32,000 nt of DNA from an uncultured Opitutales bacterium. GTDB lineage: Bacteria; Verrucomicrobiota; Verrucomicrobiia; Opitutales; Intestinicryptomonadaceae. The translations under genes and the position numbers were made by a program. Within the stretch, counting starts at the first letter, position 1. Each line of letters opens with the position of its first letter. The DNA lies in contig CAKTSY010000004.1 in the NCBI GenBank assembly GCA_934613415.1, forward strand, positions 150,001 through 182,000. Reading direction: 5' to 3'. Below are positions 25,045-32,000 of this stretch, one piece after another. The notes below the pieces were generated by a model that saw nothing but the letters and a program-made list of their open reading frames with translations, made no database searches and was not told the origin of the DNA.

Positions 25045-26061
25045 CTATTTATTTTTCTTAGAGCCCTTGCCCGTTATAATCGAGTTGGGGTTGCGCTCTA
25101 TATAGTCTAAAAGCTCGGCCGCCGAACTAGACGCCCTGCCCATATTTATAAGCAAATTCGACAACTCGAACCTAAACGGCGAATTTGGAGCTAAAAAGCC
25201 GTTTAGCGTTGCCATTAAAGTGTTTGCGCTTTCAAAAGCCTGTTTGCCGTCTTTGGTAAATTCGGTAAGGCTTGCGTTTGCCTGAACTATAAACGCATTT
25301 ATGTTCTTTATAGTTTCCGACAAATCCTGCAAAGATTTTCTTATATTCTTGTCGCCCAAAAGCGAGTTTGCGTTTAAGACCATTTTGTCGGCATCGCTTA
25401 AAAGCGTGTTGGCGTTGGCGTTAAGGGCTTTGGCGTCTATTTCGTCTAGCTTGGTGTTAAGCTTAATAAGCATAGAATTTAAATTCGCGCCAATTTGGTC
25501 TAGATTCATATTCACGATATCATCGGCTATAAGCGAAAATTTTTGGCTAAATTCTGCTATGCCACTAGACTGCACCGAAGGCATTTCCTTATACTCGCTG
25601 CCGTCGTAATAGTAGTTTATGTTGTCGCCGCGCTTGGCAAAATAGTCTAGCTCTACATAAAGCATACCCGTTACAACGCTTTGGTAGGCAAGCTTTGCCC
25701 TAAGGCCGTCCTGTATTGCGCTAGAAAGGCTTTCGCTTACGTTCAAAATTTTGCCGTGCTTAATCTCGGCCATTTTGGCGACCTCTTCCGACGACAGCAC
25801 CGAAAACGTGACAATAATTCGCGCCTTTTTTGCGTCGCTTGCCGAGCTTATCAAAATGTTGTCGACTTTGCCTATGCGCACGCCCTTGTATTTTACGGGA
25901 GCGCCTATGTCCAATCCGTTTACTGTTTCGGAGAAATAGCAAATATATTTGTCGGTTTTTACAAAATATCTTCCGGCACCGAACACGATTATTGCAAAAA
26001 GCGCAAGCATTGCAGCGCCCACAACAAATATGCCTATCGCCAAAGGATTAGCTTTTTTCAT
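25045..26061 (-). CDS. mlaD: MCE-domain protein (MlaD/PqiB-like substrate-binding component) with a long helical C-terminal extension
   Basis: ORF track 338 aa. It has an N-terminal TM and an MCE core (VNGLDIGAPVKYKGVRIGKVDNI). The C-terminal helical region is rich in N/L/A. Its ATG overlaps the mlaF stop (ATGA). Confidence 0.8.
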   Translation of the reverse strand: MKKANPLAIGIFVVGAAMLALFAIIVFGAGRYFVKTDKYICYFSETVNGLDIGAPVKYKGVRIGKVDNILISSASDAKKARIIVTFSVLSSEEVAKMAEIKHGKILNVSESLSSAIQDGLRAKLAYQSVVTGMLYVELDYFAKRGDNINYYYDGSEYKEMPSVQSSGIAEFSQKFSLIADDIVNMNLDQIGANLNSMLIKLNTKLDEIDAKALNANANTLLSDADKMVLNANSLLGDKNIRKSLQDLSETIKNINAFIVQANASLTEFTKDGKQAFESANTLMATLNGFLAPNSPFRFELSNLLINMGRASSSAAELLDYIERNPNSIITGKGSKKNK

Positions 26062-26828
26062 TTTTTACCTTCTGTGTTATTTAATGGGTCTATGCCCCTA
26101 TTCAAGAATATTCTTACGTCTTCAAAATCCGACTTTAGCAAGTCTTTGGGCGCGCCAAGCGCACCCTGCGTCTTGGTTTTTGCGTCTAAAAACACGGAAT
26201 TGTCGGCAATGGCAAAAATGCTTGCCAATTCGTGGGTTACAACAACTATCGTAGAACCTACCGTGTCGCGCAACTCCAAAATAAGCTCGTCTAGCCTGCG
26301 CGAGCTTATTGGGTCTAGCCCCGCGCTTGGCTCGTCGAAAAAGAGAACGTCGGGGTCTAGCGCCATTGCCCTAGCCAAGCCCGCGCGCTTTGCCATACCG
26401 CCGCTTATTTGCGAGGGATAAAAAGCCCCGAAGCCCGAAAGCCCCACAAGCGAAAGCTTTAGTTTTACAACTTCATCGATGTCGGCTTGGCTCAGTTTTG
26501 TAAAGCGTTTTAAAGGCAGCGCAATATTTTCGGAAAGCGTCATAGACGACCATAACGCCCCGCCCTGATACAAAACGCCGAAGTGCCTTAACATTTCCTT
26601 TCTTTTGTCGGGACTTGCCGCGGTAAAGTTTTCGCCGTTGTACGAAATAGAGCCTTTTGCGGGATTGTACAAACCTATCATATTCCTTAAAAGCGTGCTT
26701 TTGCCGCAACCGCTGCCGCCCATTATTACAAATATTTCGCCGCGCTTTACGTTGAAGTTAAGGTTTTGCATAACAACGTAGTCGCCATAGGCAAGGGTTA
26801 GGTTTTCGACTTTAATTTCGGCACTCAT
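26058..26828 (-). CDS. mlaF: Mla-type ABC transporter ATP-binding protein
   Basis: ORF track 256 aa. It has Walker A GGSGCGKST, signature ISGGMAKRAGLARA, Walker B VLFFDEPSAGLD and H-loop VVVTHE. ATGA overlaps occur on both sides. Confidence 0.9.
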   Translation of the reverse strand: MSAEIKVENLTLAYGDYVVMQNLNFNVKRGEIFVIMGGSGCGKSTLLRNMIGLYNPAKGSISYNGENFTAASPDKRKEMLRHFGVLYQGGALWSSMTLSENIALPLKRFTKLSQADIDEVVKLKLSLVGLSGFGAFYPSQISGGMAKRAGLARAMALDPDVLFFDEPSAGLDPISSRRLDELILELRDTVGSTIVVVTHELASIFAIADNSVFLDAKTKTQGALGAPKDLLKSDFEDVRIFLNRGIDPLNNTEGKK

Positions 26829-27973
26829 ATATCGAAAATGTTAAATAGCACCGCAAAAATTGCGTCGGCTACAATTATAAATGTTATGCTTGTTACAACG
26901 CTTGCCGTGGTACACAAACCAACAGCCGACGAGCTGTTGCCGCATTTCATACCGCGCATACAGCCTACAACTGCAACTATTATGCCAAAAATAAAACTTT
27001 TGCCAACGCCCGTTAGGCACTGCGTTAAATCTAAAGCCGTGGCGGTTCGGTTTAAATATTGCACAGCGTTTAAATCGAAAAGCCCAAAACCTATCAACGC
27101 CCCGCCCAATATGCCTATAAAGTCGGCAAAAATCGTAAGCAGCGGGAACATTAAAACAAGGGCAATCATTCTTGGCATAACAAGGTATTCCATTGGCGAA
27201 ATGCCGAACGTTTGGAATGCCGAAATTTCCTCGTTAACCTTCATAGTTCCCAATTCTGCCGCAAACGCCGCCCCAGTGCGCCCGGCCATTACAATGCCAA
27301 CCATTATAACGCCCATTTCGCGCACCATTGCCAGCCCTACCAAGTCGGCCACAAAAATTTCGGAACCGTATTTAGACAGCTGCACACCGCCTACAAACGC
27401 CAAAATAAGCCCAACTAAAAAGCTTATTAAAGCCACAATGGGCAAAGCTTCGGCACCCGCCCTTTGTATTATAAGCATAAAGTCGTCTTTGCTAAAGCCA
27501 ATGCGCCCTTTAAGCATTTTCGCCAAACAAATGGCAACTTCGCCCAAAAATTCCACCTGCTCTTTTATATTAAGAATGGTGTCGGTTGTGTGGTTGCCTA
27601 TGTGCCTTAAAATGTTTTTGTCTTTGCGAAGCTTTTTTTCTTCGCTTGCCTTGGGCGACGAAACCGCCAAGCCCACAAGCTTTTTAAGCGAATTTGGCAA
27701 AGCAGAGATGTCGAAATCTATCTGCTTTTTAGCGCAAATTTCGGCACAAGCTAAAAGGAATGCCGAAAGCGACGTATCGTAATCCAAAATTTTGCCGCAG
27801 TCTACCGACAAATGCGTTATGCCGTTTAACATTTCGCCTATTTCGGCCGAAGATGTTCGTTTTTCGGCAAAGACCCAACTACCGGATATGCGCAAAACGC
27901 CCCCGTTGCCCGATTTTTCGACAACGGCATACGCTGTGGTGTTTGTATGGGTATCTTCGCCGATTTTTTGCAT
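26825..27973 (-). CDS. mlaE: Mla-type ABC transporter permease MlaE with an N-terminal STAS (MlaB-like) domain fused
   Basis: ORF track 26825..28006 begins at a TTG. I prefer the first ATG at 27973 (MQKIGEDTH...). The N-terminal ~110 aa look STAS-like (VLRISGSWVFAEK...HLSVDCGKILDYDTSLSAFLL). The C-terminal part is a typical MlaE core (EALPIVALISFLVGLILAF ... GRTGAAFAAELGTMKVNEEISAFQTFGISP). Confidence 0.85.
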   Translation of the reverse strand: MQKIGEDTHTNTTAYAVVEKSGNGGVLRISGSWVFAEKRTSSAEIGEMLNGITHLSVDCGKILDYDTSLSAFLLACAEICAKKQIDFDISALPNSLKKLVGLAVSSPKASEEKKLRKDKNILRHIGNHTTDTILNIKEQVEFLGEVAICLAKMLKGRIGFSKDDFMLIIQRAGAEALPIVALISFLVGLILAFVGGVQLSKYGSEIFVADLVGLAMVREMGVIMVGIVMAGRTGAAFAAELGTMKVNEEISAFQTFGISPMEYLVMPRMIALVLMFPLLTIFADFIGILGGALIGFGLFDLNAVQYLNRTATALDLTQCLTGVGKSFIFGIIVAVVGCMRGMKCGNSSSAVGLCTTASVVTSITFIIVADAIFAVLFNIFDI

Positions 27974-28046
27974 ACGATGCCTATGATTGCACAATTGCAC
28001 AATCAAATAAAGCTTTTTTTAGCGCAACTAATCCGCCTAAAAAAGC

Positions 28047-28078
28047 AAAAAAGCCGATTTTTAAAAAATCGGCTTTTT
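28047..28078 (-). terminator. Strong (bidirectional-looking) rho-independent terminator after the acidic-protein gene
   Basis: GCCGATTTT (28053-28061) pairs with AAAATCGGC (28065-28073), flanked by A and T runs. On the minus strand it is followed by TTTTTTGCTTTTTT. It starts about 20 nt after the stop at 28100. Confidence 0.8.
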
Positions 28079-28099
28079 CAGACTGTATGCAAATTAAAA

Positions 28100-28834
28100 T
28101 TAGTATCTGTCGGAATCGTTGTCGTAGTGCATTCCCATATCGCGGCCGTAGTCGTCGCGTTCGGAATCGTCGTCTTCGTCGTCCCAGTGCATGGTATCGT
28201 CCTGCTCAATGTATTCGTCGTCGGGCAGGTCTTCAATTTCGTCGTATTCGTCTTCGTCGGAATCGTCGTCTTCTTCGTCGGAGTCGTCGTCTTCCAAAGA
28301 ATAGCCGTCGGGAACATATTCCAATATGTCCATAATTTCGTAGAAGGCGTGTATTGCCTTGCCTTCCATATAGTCGGAATTGTAGTGCTCTCTTATATCG
28401 TCTTCAAGGTCTTCAATTGTAAGGTCTTCCTCGAAATGGAAGGTATCGTTTAACATTTTAACCTGAAGCGATGTTATGTGGTTTAAAAATTCCGCATAGT
28501 GGCTTCTTTCGTCGTCCAAAGTGTTGGGGAACAAAAATACCTGCTCGGTTGGGTCCATAACCGATTCATTTGTAAGAACCAATTTCACGCCCTTGTCGCC
28601 GTCTTTCGAGTCTATCGAAAATGTATAAAATGCGTTTTCGACAATGTTTTCGTCTAGCCCGTAGTCTTTAATAGACTGCAAAGCCTCTACCATATGGGCA
28701 GCCTGCCTTGGGTCTAAAACGCTAATACCGTCGTAGTCCCAATTTACTTTGTCGCTGGTTTCGTAAACCCACCAGTTATTGTCTTTGCCTACGCGGGCTT
28801 TGCACCACTTTAACTTGTTTGTCTGATTTGCCAT
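28100..28834 (-). CDS. Hypothetical cytoplasmic protein with an extremely acidic (D/E-rich) C-terminal tail
   Basis: ORF track 244 aa with no signal peptide. Of the last 66 residues, 37 are D or E by my count (SLEDDDSDEEDDDSDEDEYDEIEDLPDDEYIEQDDTMHWDDEDDDSERDD...). It appears monocistronic, with its own terminator and a divergent promoter region. Confidence 0.7.
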   Translation of the reverse strand: MANQTNKLKWCKARVGKDNNWWVYETSDKVNWDYDGISVLDPRQAAHMVEALQSIKDYGLDENIVENAFYTFSIDSKDGDKGVKLVLTNESVMDPTEQVFLFPNTLDDERSHYAEFLNHITSLQVKMLNDTFHFEEDLTIEDLEDDIREHYNSDYMEGKAIHAFYEIMDILEYVPDGYSLEDDDSDEEDDDSDEDEYDEIEDLPDDEYIEQDDTMHWDDEDDDSERDDYGRDMGMHYDNDSDRY

Positions 28835-29049
28835 AAACGAGCCTATTTTAACACTTGTACAAACTCTTCAAGCTTTTTTTATCGGAAATAAAATTTTTCT
28901 TTCAATTTTTTTATAAATCGAATAAGGTTGCCGTAAAAATATGCTGCGTATTTTGCAAAGCAAAGCATTGTTAAGGAATGCTCTTTAATAAGACCGCAAA
29001 AACAAGGCATATTTAACCTTTCAACAAATAAACAAAACACATACCGACA

Positions 29050-31467
29050 ATGACTATAAAAAACAGACTGTATACGATGGGCATTGCGCTTTTGTCGCTT
29101 TTGGCGTTCGGCTGCACAAGCAGCCCCGAAAGCGGTTCGCAATGCAATGCAAAAGAAGAAAGCCTTAGCCTAAACGGCAAGTGGTCGCTCTCGTATTGGA
29201 AGCAAAGCCAAGACGCAGAAACCCAGTGCCCCAAAGCCGCAAAGCCCGAAAACACCATAAAGGCAACGGTTCCCGGCAACACTGCGCTGGATATGCAAAA
29301 CGCGGGCATTGTAGACAAGCTTGAATTTGGCATGAACGCCCACCAATTAAGGAAGTTTGAAGGCTACGAATTTATGTACGAAAGGTCTTTTAAGGCCCCA
29401 AAACTTAAAGACGGGCAAAAGGCTATTTTAAATTTCGAAGGAGTAGACTGCCTGGCAAAATACTTCCTTAACGGCGAAAAAATCGGCGAAAGCGACAACG
29501 CCTTTATAGCGCATTCTTTCGACGTAACAAAACTTATAAAGCAAAACGGATATAACCACATTCAGGTTATATTAAGCTCGCCAATGGTAAAAACCGGCAA
29601 GCATTTTACAACCGCGGCAAGCTCGGGCAACGATGTTTGGAAGGAACTAAACAACAGCATACGCCGTCCCGCCCACTCGTACGGCTGGGATATTCTGCCC
29701 AGAATAATCTGCACGGGGCTTTGGAAAGACGTATCGCTTCAGATACAAAATCCCGTAAGGATAAAAGACGTGTTTGTTATGGTTAAAAACGTAAATTTGG
29801 GCAACAAAACCGCCCAAGTTATGGTCGACACCCAAATAAGCGCGCCATTCGACGAAATCGACAACCTTACAAGGCGCGTAAGCGTTTCGGTAGACGGCAA
29901 ATGCGTGCACCAGCTTTCGATGGCGCAGGAAACCTACTCTATGCGCGACGAATTTACCATAGGCAACGCAAAATTCTGGTGGCCGCGCGGCTACGGCGAC
30001 CAAACCTTATACAACTTTAAAGTAGAGCTTCTCGACAAAGACGGAAAAGTTGTAGCCCAAAAAGAAGTCAACACGGGCTTAAGGACAATAGATTTAATTT
30101 GCCAGCCTGTAGAAAAGGCGAAGAAAAACGGCGAATTCCGCTTTAAGGTAAACGGCCGCGATATTTACATTAAGGGCACAAATTGGGTTCCGGTAGACTC
30201 CCTTCACAGCCGCGACAGCCAACTTATAAAGCCCGTGCTTGATATGCTGGTAGACACAAACTGCAATATGGTTCGCTGCTGGGGCGGCAATGTTTACGAA
30301 TGCGACGAGTTTTTCGACTTTTGCGACAAAAACGGCATCTTGATTTGGCAGGACTTTGCAATGGGCTGCTCTATGACTCCCCAAAACGACGAATTTGCAA
30401 AGGCAATAGAAAAAGAGGCAAAGGCAGTTGTTATAAGGTTGCGCAACCACCCGAGCTTGGCTCTTTGGTCGGGCAACAACGAAAACGATATGTTCATAAA
30501 TTGGTCGCGCTTTAACGACCCGAATTCCGACAGGATAAGCCGCACGGTTTTGCCCCGCGTGATATTCGACTTCGACCCCTTTAGGCCCTATCTGCCCAGC
30601 TCGCCCTACTATAGCCCCGAAGTATTTAAAGACCGCAAAAACTTTGCGCCTTCCGAAACCCACCTTTGGGGCGGTGCTCAATATATGGAAGCACCCTTCT
30701 ATACAAACAGTTTGGCGCACTTTGTAAGCGAAATCGGCTACCACGGCTGCCCTAATATGGAAACGCTTAAAAAGATGTTCGGCGACAAAACGTATCCCTG
30801 GGGCAAAAACGATTTTGAATGGAACGATTTTTGGCAGTTTAAGGTTGTGCAGCCTTTGCCCACTTCCAAGGCGTTTTCGCACCGCAATAAAATGATGCAC
30901 AAAGAATTCAACATTTTCTTTGGCGACAAAACTCCAAGAGATTTGCAAACCTTTGTAGACGGCTCGCAAATTGTGCAGGCCGAAAGCCTAAAGCGTTTTG
31001 TTGAACTTTGGCGCAGCGAAAGACCGTACCGCACGGGTATTCTTTGGTGGAATATGCGCGACGGCTGGCCGGTAATTTCCGACGCGGTTGTAGACTACTA
31101 CAATTCCAAAAAATTGGCGTACTACTACCTTAAGCGTTCGCAGCAAGACCAGTTGGTGCTTATAAACCGCTTTAACGAACTGCTTGCCGTAAACGATTCT
31201 TTTGCCGACAAAAAGGGCAAGGCAAAGGTGTTCGACGTTGAAAGCGGCAAAGTTTTGTACGAAGGCGAATTTACAATACCCGCCAACGGCAGAGCCGTTT
31301 TAATGGCAAACCTGCCCAAGCCCGACGCCAAAGAAGGCATTATTCTTATAGAATATACCATTGAAGGACAATCTAAAAAGCTAAACCACTTTTTATACGG
31401 CAAGCCTCCATTTAGCCTCGAAAAATATATGGCGAATATGAAGGCTCTTAAAATTGACAGGCAATAA
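29050..31467 (+). CDS. Glycoside hydrolase family 2, beta-mannosidase-like lipoprotein
   Basis: ORF track 805 aa. It has a lipoprotein signal (LLSLLAFGC). GH2/beta-mannosidase hallmarks are present: WWPRGYGDQTLY, FKVNGRDIYIKGTNWVP, VRCWGGNVYE, ILIWQDFAMGC, ALWSGNNEND (acid/base Glu) and FVSEIGYHG (nucleophile Glu). Confidence 0.82.
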   Translation: MTIKNRLYTMGIALLSLLAFGCTSSPESGSQCNAKEESLSLNGKWSLSYWKQSQDAETQCPKAAKPENTIKATVPGNTALDMQNAGIVDKLEFGMNAHQLRKFEGYEFMYERSFKAPKLKDGQKAILNFEGVDCLAKYFLNGEKIGESDNAFIAHSFDVTKLIKQNGYNHIQVILSSPMVKTGKHFTTAASSGNDVWKELNNSIRRPAHSYGWDILPRIICTGLWKDVSLQIQNPVRIKDVFVMVKNVNLGNKTAQVMVDTQISAPFDEIDNLTRRVSVSVDGKCVHQLSMAQETYSMRDEFTIGNAKFWWPRGYGDQTLYNFKVELLDKDGKVVAQKEVNTGLRTIDLICQPVEKAKKNGEFRFKVNGRDIYIKGTNWVPVDSLHSRDSQLIKPVLDMLVDTNCNMVRCWGGNVYECDEFFDFCDKNGILIWQDFAMGCSMTPQNDEFAKAIEKEAKAVVIRLRNHPSLALWSGNNENDMFINWSRFNDPNSDRISRTVLPRVIFDFDPFRPYLPSSPYYSPEVFKDRKNFAPSETHLWGGAQYMEAPFYTNSLAHFVSEIGYHGCPNMETLKKMFGDKTYPWGKNDFEWNDFWQFKVVQPLPTSKAFSHRNKMMHKEFNIFFGDKTPRDLQTFVDGSQIVQAESLKRFVELWRSERPYRTGILWWNMRDGWPVISDAVVDYYNSKKLAYYYLKRSQQDQLVLINRFNELLAVNDSFADKKGKAKVFDVESGKVLYEGEFTIPANGRAVLMANLPKPDAKEGIILIEYTIEGQSKKLNHFLYGKPPFSLEKYMANMKALKIDRQ

Positions 31468-31483
31468 AAAAAAGTCCATAAAG

Positions 31484-31518
31484 TACCCCGTTTAAACAAA
31501 ATGAACGGGGTATTTTTT
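31484..31518 (+). terminator. Rho-independent terminator of the GH2 gene that overlaps the next gene's start codon
   Basis: A perfect 9-bp stem pairs TACCCCGTT (31484-31492) with AACGGGGTA (31504-31512) around an 11-nt loop, followed by T6 (31513-31518). The ATG at 31501 sits in the loop/stem junction. Confidence 0.7.
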
Positions 31519-32000
31519 ATATTGGGCGCGGGGCTTGGAACAAGGCTAAGTCCGCTTACGGCAAAACTTCCAAAGCCGCTTTTATATTTGCGCGGCAAAC
31601 GCGCAATAGAGCACATATTCGATACAGCAAAAAGTCTTGGTTTTAGCAGCGTTGTTGTAAATACCCACCACCTACCCGAAGAATACATTAAAGCGTATCC
31701 AAGCCATTCCCACAACGGTTTAAAATTGGAGTTTGTAAACGAGCCCGTTTTGCTAGACACGGGAGGCGCAATAAAAAACATCTTAAAAAAACACCCAAGC
31801 TGCGAGCGCATTTTAGTCCATAACGGCGATATTTTTTTTGACGGCAACCTAAAAGACTTTTGCGAAAAAAACAGCGACAAAAACGCCGCAAGCCTTTTGC
31901 TTTTAAACTCTGGCAAAAACAAAAACGTTTCGGTAAACGAAAACGAAGTTTCGGATATGCGCTTTGCGCTAAAAGCCCCACACAAAAGCACCGCGCAGTT
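31501..32000 (+). CDS. Sugar-phosphate nucleotidyltransferase (NTP_transferase family), N-terminal ~166 codons, truncated by the window end
   Basis: Own translation: MNGVFFILGAGLGTRLSPLTAKLPKPLLYLRGKRAIEHIFDTAKSLGFSSVVVNTHHLPEEY...EPVLLDTGGAIKN... It has the canonical G-x-G-x-R pyrophosphorylase loop (GAGLGTRL) and PKPLL. It is not in the ORF track because no stop lies in the window. Confidence 0.8.
   Translation, partial: MNGVFFILGAGLGTRLSPLTAKLPKPLLYLRGKRAIEHIFDTAKSLGFSSVVVNTHHLPEEYIKAYPSHSHNGLKLEFVNEPVLLDTGGAIKNILKKHPSCERILVHNGDIFFDGNLKDFCEKNSDKNAASLLLLNSGKNKNVSVNENEVSDMRFALKAPHKSTAQ

Noticed and set aside
26838-27782. Long antisense ORFs from the ORF track: 26838..27782 (+, 314 aa), 1630..2307 (+), 2465..2962 (+), 22951..23505 (+), 30094..30969 (-), 31125..31991 (-), 25681..26421 (+), 27947..28453 (+) and similar.
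   Set aside because: Each lies opposite a gene with unmistakable family motifs (mlaE, pstA, pstC, the coiled-coil gene, GH2, the nucleotidyltransferase, mlaD/mlaF, the acidic protein). Their translations are low-complexity (S/A/P/K/F-rich) with no signal or motif. They look like shadow ORFs produced by codon bias.
1-32000. CRISPR arrays, rRNA genes, IS elements/transposases, prophage or defence-system genes (nucleases, helicases, methyltransferases).
   Set aside because: I scanned both strands. There are no regularly spaced direct repeats, no transposase- or integrase-like ORFs, and no ATPase or nuclease motifs outside the ABC transporters. The only tandem repeats are the 8-mer at 27986-28003 and the codon-level D/E tract at 28103-28300.

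Overview
The window looks like chromosomal DNA from a diderm (Gram-negative-type) bacterium. Sampled 60-nt lines give about 43-55% GC in the core genes, with a low-GC block (about 30-38%) in the middle. From left to right: (1) A Pho block on the minus strand, porin-pstS-pstC-pstA-pstB, with pstB truncated by the window edge. It is divergent from phoR-phoB on the plus strand, which has a Pho-box-like direct repeat upstream. (2) A 58-codon ribbon-helix-helix-like ORF missing from the ORF track, a secreted GH28 polygalacturonase-like enzyme, and tRNA-His(GTG). (3) An accessory-looking AT-rich region (about 10.3-20.65 kb). It holds a normal-GC heme catalase and eight signal-peptide or membrane proteins I cannot assign. 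Six of these are co-directional on the minus strand, with unusually long AT-rich spacers of 316 bp and 695 bp. The 695-bp spacer contains an isolated 85-nt GC-rich three-helix element, which is my best candidate for something undescribed (ncRNA, leader or MITE). One gene in this block ends at a rare TGA that is followed by 38 in-frame, coding-looking codons. (4) A tightly packed seven-gene minus-strand string: STAS-fused mlaE, mlaF, an MCE-domain mlaD, a PqiC-like lipoprotein, fabD, a membrane-anchored coiled-coil protein, and a canonical ClC antiporter. (5) A cytoplasmic protein with an extremely acidic tail, a GH2 beta-mannosidase-like lipoprotein, and the 5' part of a sugar-phosphate nucleotidyltransferase gene. 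That gene's start codon lies inside the GH2 terminator hairpin. I found no CRISPR array, rRNA, transposase, integrase or recognisable defence genes. All family assignments come from motif recognition by eye, since no database search was possible.
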